From Podarcis gaigeae (Eukaryota), in assembly GCA_964106915.2 (NCBI GenBank), contig OZ066915.1: a stretch of DNA of 64,000 bases, one strand, 5' to 3'. The translations under genes and the position numbers were made by a program. The notes beneath the pieces were generated by a model. That model made no database searches. It was given only the letters and a program-made list of their open reading frames with translations, and was not told where the DNA came from. Positions 1 through 10,865 of the stretch are shown here, in pieces. Position 1 is the stretch's first letter; every line of letters begins with the position of its first letter.

Positions 1-769
1 GCAAATGGCATTCTTATGAAAGTGCATAATGTGATGTTTAGTGTAAGTGTGTATTGTGGGAAGATGTTAATGCTGCCCTCCTGTTGCACTTCTGCACCAT
101 GCAGATGTAGGCAAAGCCTTGCAGACACAACCTCAGCCTCTTTGGCTTCCCAGGGCCATTGTCCAACCGAAAGCATTTGGCAACATTTTTGGATGGCGTT
201 CCCTGCCCCTCCCCCCCATGTTTGACTCTTATTATACTGGTCAACAGAAAAAGTAATTGTGTGCTTTCCATTGAAAAATGGCCACATCCTCTTTGCACAC
301 AATACGGAACAAAAACCTACAAGTAACACTCGAAACCACTTCCCCAGCCATTGTGCAATCAGTCACGTACGCTTGCTTGGCCCCACTGAGTGCATGCTCA
401 AGACTGTGGGACTGAAGCCATCATCTTTAAGTTCAGCGGGGGTTTGAAAAGCTGGCTGGTTCCTTCCACCCCCAAAGTCAAGGCAGAACCCATTGCAGAA
501 ATTTCACCTCCAAAAAATGGGCATCTGTGCCTAGTGAAGCAGCTCTTCTGTATCTGAGGTGGTATACCTGTTGGCAACATTTCAGACCAGGAGTGGGGAA
601 TCTCTTTCAGCCTGAAGACTATGTTACCTTACAGGCAACCTTGGAAGGGTGGGCACATGCCAGTGGTGGGTGAGGCCAGAGGCAAAGGTAGACTGAGCAA
701 TGGATGTAACAGCAGGCTGGATTCCAGCCTCACAAAAGCCAGAGGTTTTGACACTATCCCACACTGCTC

Positions 770-901
770 TCTATCTGTTTAGGGAAGCTTTTAATGTTTA
801 ATAGATTATTGTATTTTAATATTCTGTTGGAAGCTGCCCAGGTGGCTGGGGAAACCCAGCCAGATGGGCGGGGTATAAATAAATTATTATTATTATTATT
901 A
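770..901 (+). mobile_element. L2 LINE 3' end, apparently nested in an older hAT-like element (about 588-1054)
   Basis: ...cccagccagatgggcggggtataaataaa(tta)n tail shared with copies at 16.6 and 35.5 kb. Confidence 0.75.
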
Positions 902-2404
902 TCATCCTGCAAACAAGGACACGTTCCAGGCAGGCAAAGGCACTCTTGTGGTGAGGCAGAGCAGTGAGATGGGTGGGAGGGCACAGCTGGGGGAAAGTTT
1001 CAAGGGCCTAGAGGGCCGCATTTTTAACCCATGGGGCAGATGTTTTCCACCCCCTTTTTAAGGATTGTGTTCTCCTGGAGTGCTTAGCGGCCCTTCTTGG
1101 CTATTAGCTCAGCCCACAATATGTGAAGACTTTCAGGTAACTCTTTTCTCTTGTCTCTGTCACAATGTGACTCCATTTCCCTACGTTCTGCATGACAGAT
1201 GGTAGTGGGCTGTTGCTGCTGCCCATCAGTGGTTGAATACCCTCACCTTGAGGAGGTAGGCGGCGTTGCCTGCATTTTGCTTTCTGCTCTCGCTGGGGGT
1301 GTGGTGGGGAATTCTTTCTCTTGATTGCCAGTTTGGTTGCATCCTTCTCTGTGTTCTCTCAAAGAAACAAACATTCTGAACAAAGCAGAGTTCCGTCCCT
1401 GTGATGCTCACCAAGTGAATGTGGGTCCCATTTTTCTAAATGGCCTTGAGAGAAATAAGTTCCCTAATGGGAGATGTGGATTTCTAACAGAAAGAATCTG
1501 ATCCCTGCCTTCCTTTTTGGAGTGATTTTGGTGTATACTGGTGAGCGAGTTTTGCTGATAGTGTAATCTGGATGGTCATTAGAGATCTTCACTAATTCAG
1601 GGCCTATTCTCTGGAGGATTCCGTGCAACGCATGTAATTGCTTAAATGCTATCGTGATAAATGTGGCACAGAGTGAGTGCTCCTGGATAAAAAAAATAAT
1701 CACAGGAATTCAAGATAAATATGTTAAAGGGGGTGTCTATTTTTGAATTTGAAGGACATCGGGACAATCCTTACAATTCAACCAAAGAATGTGGAAGCCT
1801 CTCCCAGTTTCTGTCTAGTGATGATAAACTTAGTAGGCTGCTTTGGGAACGCATAGATAATGCCTCTGTATTTGTGCAGCTGACATTGGGAGAGTGTTCC
1901 CTACACCGTGGGCAAGAGTTTAACTGATTTATTTACTGCATAGCATTGAATGAGACCATCCCTGTAGTCTCAGGTCCAAGCAGATTGCCATGTGATCTCC
2001 TGGCTTCCATTTTAAATCCTGATCCTCATTCGAACGCTGGGGCTGGCTGAGACAAAATGTTGGCCTTCAGAGCATTTTCAAAAAATTGGGTGCTGCAGTC
2101 CCAGTGAAAATGCCCCCCAGGCATCTTCTGCTACCCTCAGGAAGAAAGCTTCTGTTGATGCTTCCTTCCCAGAATGGGGTTGCAACTTCAGAAGTGGGGA
2201 GGAATCCCAATTGTGGCAGGATCTGTAATTTTCTGTGTATACTACATAGGACTGTTCAGGACCTCTAAACTGCCATTCACCACCACCTCATGTGGCTGCA
2301 AGTTCCTTAAATGAAGAACTACTTTCTTATGTCTGTCCTAAACGGCGTTTTCACAAGTTTGTCTTTTAGTTTTGGGTTCTCTGCCTCCTTTGTAGTAAGT
2401 AATA

Positions 2405-2492
2405 CAGGGGTAGCCAACATGGTGCCCTGCAGATGTTGCTAGACTCCAGCTCTCCTCAGTCCCAGCCAGCGTGACCCAACTGGCTACTCCTG
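2405..2492. mobile_element. hAT-like MITE, internally deleted
   Basis: CAGGGGTAGCCA...TGGCTACTCCTG inverted ends; near-identical 8-bp flanks aagtaata/aaataata. Confidence 0.65.
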
Positions 2493-3932
2493 AAATAATA
2501 CAGCATGATCTATTTTAAGTAGTATTATTTTCAGGCATTCCACATTTCCGGCTTTCTAACTGTGTCACTCATGGATTCTTCTACAGACCAGTTCCTTATT
2601 CTGATACTTAATATATTCCAAATTATATATGGGCAGAGCTGGGATTTTAATAATTTTTCATCTACCGGAAAATGACATTTCTCTCTCACGATAAAAAGCA
2701 AAGCCTCGCTTTCACTCCTGTATCAAGAACGAAAGTGAAATATTGATAGTTACTCAATGAAGCGTGTGACCTATTTCTTGCTCTTCTATAAAGCAGGAAG
2801 CAAAAAGCTAATGATTTTTCCTCTGGTGACACTGTGCAAAGCCTTATAAGGCTGTGGTCTACAGCCACTTACAGTTATTTTGGAATGAATTTATTATTAT
2901 TTTCAAGCTAAGACTGCGAGGATGTGTGTGTGTTAGTGCACCAAAGTCGCCAGAATTAGTCACAACATTTCCCCTTCTTAAGACTGTATTTTAATTATTA
3001 TTTTTTTAAAAAACATGTGACATTTGAACTGCAACAATTAACCAATTTCATAAATCTAATGAGAAACTTCCTTTCTCTCTCCTCTGTAAATCTTGTCCCA
3101 CCCCTCCACAAAAAAACTTTCCTGATTTAAAAACAAGATAAAACATGGGCAGGTACAAAAGAATATGGTGTGTGGTGGAGAGGGGTTGGATAAAGATCGG
3201 AACAGATGTACAATTTGGTTTTCAGTGAAAGCTTCTATTCAGAACATATGGAATACACAAAAATTGGGGAGGGATTGCATGTGTTTTTCTTTTCAGCTGG
3301 GCTAATGTTAGGGGCTAGCTCAGGGAGCCTGATTTCTGGGTCTTTTGTGCTGGGCCCCATATCTTCTGCCCCTTTCCTCAACTTAAACTTTGCTTTTAAA
3401 GTTGCTGGCGAGACCCCAGCCACTCACCGTCTTAATTTGCTCAGAGACCTAAATTGGCGCATGCATATATATATATGAGAGCACATGCACATTTCTTTCA
3501 TATTTCATTTCCCAGAGGGTTTTTTAGATACTGAGAAGCGCCCCTGCTTGCAACTGCCTACCAAACCTGGTGGTGGTGTTTTGAAAGCAGACTTTGCCAG
3601 TGCCTCAATGCAAATCCTGCCCCAGGATTCTTCTTCTGGCCTCCAGACTGATCCTTTTACTCTGCAACTGCATCAGTCTAGGGAGCAGGGCACCAGGCTT
3701 CTCCGCTGGTCCTCTCCTTGGTCCAGCATTGTGGACAGGCTCCATCCCCATGTGCCATGGCAGCTGCTAGCAGCCCCTTGCCACAGGCTCTTTCCCTTCC
3801 AGGGTGCATCAGCTTCTGAGCGCCCCGAGTCCCAGCAGCATGGCTTGTGTTTTGCTGTCACCTTTGTTTCTTTCCTCCTTCCTTCATTTTACCTCTGTTC
3901 CTTTCCCCCCCATACCCACCCCTGTTAAACAG

Positions 3933-4058
3933 GTCAAGACTGAAATCAGCGTCGAAAGCAAACACCAGACCCTCCAGGGACTGGCTTTTCCTTTGCAGCC
4001 AGAAGCTCAGCAGGCCATCCAGTTACTAAAACAGAAGAAGATCAATTACATCCAGCTG
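3933..4058 (+). CDS. TWF2: TWF2 coding exon (126 nt)
   Basis: AG at 3931-32, GT at 4059-60; [10 protein letters not shown]...NYIQL. Confidence 0.95.
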
Positions 4059-6249
4059 GTGAGAAGCCCGTTTTTCACTATTCGGTTTGGCCTTTTGAAC
4101 GCCTCTTGGACTTCTGTGCAAGCCCTGCTTGTTCAAAGGCTCTTGGTTCCCCCCGAGCCAAATGTTGTTCTGAAGTATGTCCTCTTGCCTTTGTTTATAC
4201 AGAAGCTGGACCTGGAACGGGAGACCATAGACTTGGTCCACACCAACGCCACTGAGATAGCAGACCTGCCTAAAAGAATTCCTCAGGATTCGGCCCGTTA
4301 CCACTTCTTCCTGTATAAGCACTCTCACGAGGGAGATTATCTGGAGTCAGTTGGTAAGACAGCCTTGTCTTTGTCTTTTTTTACAGACCAGAATTTTGCT
4401 TGCCCTTTGCAAACTGTATCTGTGCCTGTCCATTCATTCATCCTTCCTTCCCTCCCTCTAGACAGGCATAGGAATTTATTTTCTGAATGCATCAAAGGGC
4501 TCTCCCCACCAGTGCAGGTTCTTCTGTCCATGAATCTGGGGAACTGTGAGAATGTGCCTTTTAAGTCCTTTCCGATGATACATATTTGCTCATGCAATTT
4601 CTCCAGTGCCAGAAGCCTCATAAGCCATTGGTTTAGTGCAGTGATGGCCCAACTTGGTCCTCCAGCTGTTTTGGGACTACAATTCCCATCATCCTTGACC
4701 ACTGGTCCTGTTAGCTAGGGATGATGAGAGTTGTAGTCACATAACAGCTGGAGGGCCAAGTTTGGCCATCACTGGTTTAGTGCAAAGAATTCCGATATAA
4801 CCAATACTAGAACTTTTGAAAACAATACAGTACATGAAAAGGAAGATGCTCGTCTGCAAAACTTTTTCCTACTCTTTGTGTTCTGCACTTCCTTCATTAT
4901 AGTTATTGCATGCATGGTTTCGCTCCTTATAGTTTTGTGGAATTAATCATGGCTGGACCCAGGAATGACTGATTGCCCTGTTTTCTCTTCCTTGCAGTAT
5001 TTATCTACTCCATGCCTGGTTACAAATGTAGCATCAAGGAACGCATGTTGTACTCCAGCTGCAAGAGCCGACTGCTTGACTCCGTGGAACAAGATTTCTG
5101 CCTAGAGATTGCAAAGAAGGTAAGCCTAGGCTGCCACCACCCCTTGACCCTTAAATTTATATTTGATAAAATCCTCCTCCTTCCATATGGACACTGGGAG
5201 CTGTGGATGGTGTGAAGGGCTGGTGGGACAGTAGATGAAGATTCTTCTGGAGGAATTCCTCAGGACCCAGTATATAACTTGGGGAAGTGTCCCGACGTTG
5301 GTCTTAAAAACCTTAAGACCAATCATTAAAAAAATATTTCAATACTTTAGTAGCAGAAGATCAGCTAGAGAGGCAGTTGGGCTTTTGGATGACAAGGGTG
5401 TCAAATATGTGTTAAAGAAGGAAAAAGAGACTGCAGGGAAGCTGAATGAATCAGCTGCATCTGTCTTCCCGGCAGAAGATGTAGGGCAGATCCTGGCCAT
5501 CTAAGGAAACTGTGCCTTGTCCCTAAGATCAGATTGCAGATGGGAAAATTGCTGATTTTTTAAAAAAAGGATCCAAGGGATTACAAGCCAGTTAGCTTAA
5601 CTTGTGTTTTGGGGAAACTGGTGGAAACCATTATTAAGGATAGAATTACCAAGCATCTGAAAGAAGAGTTCTTTGCAGTCATGGGATGAGAGGACAGATC
5701 CTCTCTTAGATGAGTAACGGCTTAAGGAAAAGGAAGCAGAGAATAGGAATAACTGGATAGTTTTCACGGGGGGGGGGGGGAGGAATGATGGAACTCTTGG
5801 CCAAGAGAAATTTCAAAATTGCATGGCTGACCTACGAAATGATGAAAAGCTCGTTGCTCAGATGAGGAGCTGTGATACTCAGATTCTGGAGATGAAAAGT
5901 AGATCTGGTTGGAAGCAACATTTTAGAGTTGCTGCTGGATGGTAGAAATGATTTTGGGGAAAGAGGTGGACGAGGGAGGTAAGAGTGGCATCACGAGGAA
6001 GACAGTCCTTGTCTCATCTGAGATGTAGGTGTTTTCAGAGGCCAAGGCAGAGGACTGCATCTCCTCTTTCCTCTTTGCCAGATTGAAATTGATGATGGAG
6101 CTGAGCTGACAGCAGAGTTCCTGTATGATGAGGTCCACCCCAAGCAGCATGCCTTCAAGCAGGCCTTTGCCAAACCCAAGGGGCCTGTGGGAAAGAGGGG
6201 ACAGAAGCGACTTATCAAAGGACCAGGCGAGAATGGTGAAGACAGTTAA
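3933..6249 (+). CDS. TWF2: Twinfilin-2, 3' part: join(3933..4058,4203..4353,4998..5119,6082..6249); upstream exons lie before the window
   Basis: Spliced translation [56 protein letters not shown]...[53 protein letters not shown]...[38 protein letters not shown]...GENGEDS* matches the C-terminal ADF-H domain and tail of vertebrate TWF2. All introns are GT-AG with consistent phases. Confidence 0.97.
4203..4353 (+). CDS. TWF2: TWF2 coding exon (151 nt)
   Basis: AG 4201-02, GTAAG at 4354; [13 protein letters not shown]...DYLESV. Confidence 0.95.
4639..4774. mobile_element. hAT-family MITE (palindromic, 136 bp)
   Basis: TIR CAGTGATGGCC/GGCCATCACTG, perfect 8-bp TSD GTTTAGTG (4631-38, 4775-82). 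Confidence 0.9.
4998..5119 (+). CDS. TWF2: TWF2 coding exon (122 nt)
   Basis: Polypyrimidine tract plus CAG ending 4997, GTAAG at 5120; [23 protein letters not shown]...IAKK. Confidence 0.95.
5320..5766 (+). mobile_element. CR1 LINE ORF2 relic with internal deletions, in the last TWF2 intron
   Basis: Degenerate [14 protein letters not shown]...KLNE..ASVF; FKKGS..YKPVSLT...GKLVE.IIKDRI; HG.RGQ.L......L..RKQR.GI. Confidence 0.85.
6082..6249 (+). CDS. TWF2: TWF2 last coding exon
   Basis: CAG acceptor ending 6081; [21 protein letters not shown]...GEDS then TAA 6247-6249. Confidence 0.95.
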   Translation: MEIDDGAELTAEFLYDEVHPKQHAFKQAFAKPKGPVGKRGQKRLIKGPGENGEDS

Positions 6250-8890
6250 ACCCTCGTGGACAGGAGGACGGGTCAGGAAAGGGGCTGCGGGTGCCTACCA
6301 GCCTCCGGAATCGCAGCTCCAACCAAATCCACCTCTCTGCATCTGAGCCTGTCCACCAAACTCCAGAGCTGTTTCCTCCATCTCTTCTTTCAAAGTCGTC
6401 TCCACCTGGTTTCATTAGGGGGAGGGAGGGTAGGAATCTGGGGGCAGGGAGGAAGAGAGAGAACCTCCAAGCCATTTCTCTTCCTTTTTGCTCTGTCGTT
6501 GTGTAAATCCTGGGAGGGGGGAAAACCATAACTGTTCTAGATTGAAATGACTCTTAAAACTGATGCTCCTGTTTACTGCTTCATATTGTGACCTGGTTTA
6601 CTTGGAAACGGCACCGCTCAAAGGATTTTCTTCACCACTTATCTGGGGTGGGGTATTCACACGCAAAGAGCAGAACTCTACCCACCCCCACCCCTATAAA
6701 AACACCCTCCAAATACCTTTTCTCTCACTGTTACAAAACAGTGCATCAATAGTCTTTGGAAATTCCCATACCATTAATGTCATGCTTTACCAAGATGGCA
6801 AGTTTGCCTAGGAGTTGACTCAGTACTCACTATTTGAGGTTTAAGGAGTGTGTTCCAGGGATTAACACTGCCGCAGGATCTCCCCTCCCCCTTTCTTGTT
6901 TAAAACCATGGAGTTGGTGGGGGAGGTGCTAGAGGTTAGTGGGATTTGCTCAAATGACACAGGTGTGTTGTTTGGATGTAGAAAAGCTGTTCATCTCCAG
7001 GCAGCTGATAGTGGCTCTCATTTCACCAGTGAAGAGGCTTGGCATCCAGTTCCAGGCCTTAACAGGTAGCCTTGTTTGTGGCGCCACAAATCCACACACA
7101 GGTCCTGGATGTCACTGTCCACTTTTATGAGTTTTGTAAAGCTGTTTCTCCCCCAACCTCTTCTGCCTCACTTTGATGGCTCATTGCCTCACACTGTTGC
7201 AGCCACATGAGAAGACGAGAGCAATTAGAAATCAGGAAGTGCAATCCCTGCCCAGTTCCTCTTGGTTGGCTCCTTGACATTCTTAATTTAAGGCTGCCAC
7301 TTCTTCTTCTTTTCGTGTCACCTCCATGTATAGCTCTGGTATGCTTTACCACACGTTGCCACACCAGCGCCTCACCTTGCAGTTGGCTCCCAGCCAAATG
7401 GCCATGTCAACTTACCTAGCTGTTGCTCTGACTTACAGGAACTGCCTTTTCTCAAGCTAGATGGTTCCAAATATTGCATTCAGCTGGCTGTTGGCTGTGA
7501 AGCCTTTGGGCTCCTCGGCCCAGTGATGTATTTGCTCAGGTGTCGTCCTCCTCCTCCTCCCTCAATCGTGACACCTGCACTGGCACCTGTAGGTTACGAT
7601 GCAAAACCAGGCTGATCCTTAGCTATACAGTAAAGCTTTGCCAAGCTAAGGGAATATTGGCCCTTCCACAGGATGCTGAACGCTGATGCACTTTCCCCAT
7701 GACAGATGTTGTTCACTGTGGCAGGAATGTTCTGTGCCCCAGAGTGGTTGCTGCAGATCCATGTAAACCAGGTGGAAGGAAGGGGCAGCTGGTGGTGTGA
7801 CGGTGTTACGCATGTGCAGGGGGGCTGGAGCAGCTCATGATGGAAGGGCAGTTGCATTGCCAGGGGTGTTGGTGGTGGAAGAAGTCTTCTCGATCCGCTC
7901 TGAATGCAAGAGTAGAAGTAGGCCCTGACTCAGCTCAAGCCAGCAATGTGACCCAGATTGGGGACTTCTGACAACCATTGTAGTAGATGACGATGTGTTC
8001 ATTCCATGGGGGTCACTGAATTTAACGTGCATGATTAAACTTCTCCTTCTGACCCCTGGGAAGCTTCTTAGTGGTCTGTTTTGTATCTCATAAAAAAAAA
8101 AACTCCACACAAATGCTAAGCCTTTTTTCTCCCTTTTCTCTTTTTTTCTTTTCTTGCATAGCCAATTGTGTGGTGTTAGCTTGATGGCTTTGAATCGTGA
8201 TTTCTTCCCTGCCCCTCCCTCCACCCCCCTTTTATGAAGTCAGTGTATTCTTTTGAAGTCTACAGAAGAGGCAGATAAGTTAAGCAGCAAAGAATGCTGC
8301 AACAGTTGTGAAGGAAAGAGCCTGGGTTTTCTCTAGCTTGCTCATTCCCATGGTGGAAACAGCTGGGACTTGGGCCTGTGATTCAAGAAAGGAAGAGCAG
8401 GTTTCTCCAAGTTCAAAGCACACTGCCCTAGGGCAGTTTCAAGTATCTGGCTTTTTTTAAATGATTTAAAGAATACAGAACAGCGCATGCCATAATTTCA
8501 GAGGAGAAACCTAGATTTTAACTCTCCCATAATCTTTTTATTTTCCTGAGAGGTATGCTGGAATGAATTGGAAGGACAGTCTCTTCTAACTTTTAAGAAT
8601 TTCCTCCACATTGGGCAGCAGGCCTTGCTTCCAGTATGTAGCGCTCAGAAGACATTGATGAGGTTCAAAGTTTGGCCTAGCTCAGCATGTCATGTTCAGC
8701 CAGCAGGATCCAGATTCAAACAGGGATAATGAAATCCTCTACTGGGGGTTTCCTCTCTCATTTGCCTATATTTTCTGTGACCAAAACCCAAACTGTCAAG
8801 CTACATTCAGGGACTGCAGTGGTAGGTTGTCTTACTCCTCCACCCCCAATTCTTGTTCCTGGAACACCGTAACTGTTGACAACTCTAGGC

Positions 8891-9009
8891 CAGGAGTTGC
8901 CAAGCTGGTGCATTCCACATGTCAAACTCCCAATTTCCATCAGCCCCTGCTAGCATGATGGGAGTTGCATTCAAACAACATTTGAAGGACACCACAGTGG
9001 CTGTCCCTG
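8891..9009. mobile_element. hAT-like MITE in the TWF2 3'UTR
   Basis: 8-bp TSD CTCTAGGC (8883-90, 9010-17); internal aactccca/tgggagtt inverted repeat. Confidence 0.8.
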
Positions 9010-10859
9010 CTCTAGGCTCCCCAGCCGCCATTATTTGGCTTACCCCTAACCCCCACCTCCCGGTAACAATCCTGTGGGGCGAGTCTGCATTCTAGGTGGA
9101 GTGTGCTATGCACCTGTGGGGTTATCTAGCCCACCTGTGCTTTAATTCATGTGCTTCTGGATGTTGCCACCTTCTGTGGGCATTTTTACTGCCACTGTGA
9201 GACATAGTGAATCAGCGAAATCTTTCTTGTCTTGAGATAATGCATACTGGTGCCTCGGTCATCCCATTCCCTCAGGAATGTGCAAGAAGTCCAACATTTT
9301 TAAGAGCATCTACCCAAGGCCCAAGCAAAGGGACATCCAGATGTGAGCATTTGCTGACTCAGATGCATTTTCCATTCTGTAGCTGGAAGATGGTAACCAG
9401 CATGTCACAGAGGATACATTTCTTTGGGATCCCCCACCACTGCCAAAGATTAATAAAACAAGGATTTCATTCCATTTTAAGTTTGTCTAGCAAGGTCACT
9501 GTTGACATGTTCTTTGCCATGTTCTGTTTAATGGATTAGCCCCATGTTCGTTATCCCACAACATGTCCCAAAGGAATTTGGTGGCTAAAGCAACCAAGAC
9601 CTAGCTTGGCCTTGTGTGATATGTGGAGTCCATTAGATTGGTCAGATTTATCAGTTATAATTTAAGGACCTATCAGAACTTCCATGAAGGAAAAAGAGAG
9701 AATTGGTAGCCTACATCTCAGTACTCCCTTTCTTGTCTCATTTTCTCCTCTCCACTAACACTAAAGGCCAAATCTCAGGATTTCAGAGAGACTAGTTACA
9801 GAATCGTTGTGTCTCCCACCGCCTACCCACTGACGCATGAACATGACTGGTGCCTGCAGTTACTCCACTATGCGATCTAAATATCTGGAGCCTCTCTTTT
9901 TTATGGAGGGGTAACCCTTGTTTCCGAGGTGATGAGATGACTTTCAAAATCAGCCATGCTGGATGAAGATCACAATCATGTGACAATCCCATAGATATCC
10001 AGCCTTCCCCCATCCCATCCTTCACAAGTATCCATCCAATCTGCACAATAGAAAGCTTCCCCCACACTCCTTACCTGTTTTGGAGGAAACACCCCAGCAC
10101 TGGAACGCTTCTAAGCTGGAGAGGAATATTACTCAGAGCATGGGAAATCCTTCCTCCCGTGGGTATCCTCAGGTATCTCTGCCTGTGGAAATCATTTCCC
10201 ACCCCTAAAACAGTCTCCAAATTTATTAGGCTGGATCAGAATCAATGAGTCAAGATAACATCATAATTTTGCCATCTAGGAGTCAAGTCAGAGAAACAGA
10301 AGACATGGTTTCTCCCCTTTTAAAATGTTTCAGTTTATTTTAGTGGGCCCACTAATATTGCATCATTATGGTGGCCTAGGTAGTTGCTGTACTCTCATTT
10401 GGAACTTGTTTTGACTTGAATCATTTTAGCGCTATATGGAAGCCCAGGGGCAATGTTTTGAAGGGCCCCAAAGTGGCAGGAGCCCATAGAGCGTTGAGAC
10501 TATGCTACTACTGAAGAACGGTAGAGTATTCCTGCACATGCTCAGTGGAGGCTGCGATAGGTTTAGTGCACTCACTGCTCTAGCAGGTGCTTAGCTGTAG
10601 TGGCTGAAAGGCAGGGCCAATGGACAGCGTGTTAAAAGTGATCACAGCCGTCACTTGACTGTAACTTGCCACAGTGACAAGCAGGCCAGAAACTACCACT
10701 ACCTTATTCACACTAACAGCATGCAGAATCTTAACATGAGCACCAGAGGTTTGGAGAAACTTAGGAAATGCACATTCCTGATTGGACTGGGTGATGATGT
10801 GGATTTGTAGATTATGGGGGAGGCAGGGCACACTGTACTGAATGCTGTATTTTCTAAAA

Positions 10860-10865
10860 AATAAA
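10860..10865 (+). terminator. Probable TWF2 polyadenylation signal (3'UTR about 4.6 kb); alternative AATAAA at 9452-9457
   Basis: AATAAA preceded by UGUA motifs and followed about 20 nt later by a GU/U-rich tract (gttggtttttgtgtgtttc). Confidence 0.55.

Noticed and set aside
3804-4718. 304-aa single ORF
   Set aside because: It is two TWF2 exons plus read-through of flanking introns, not a separate gene
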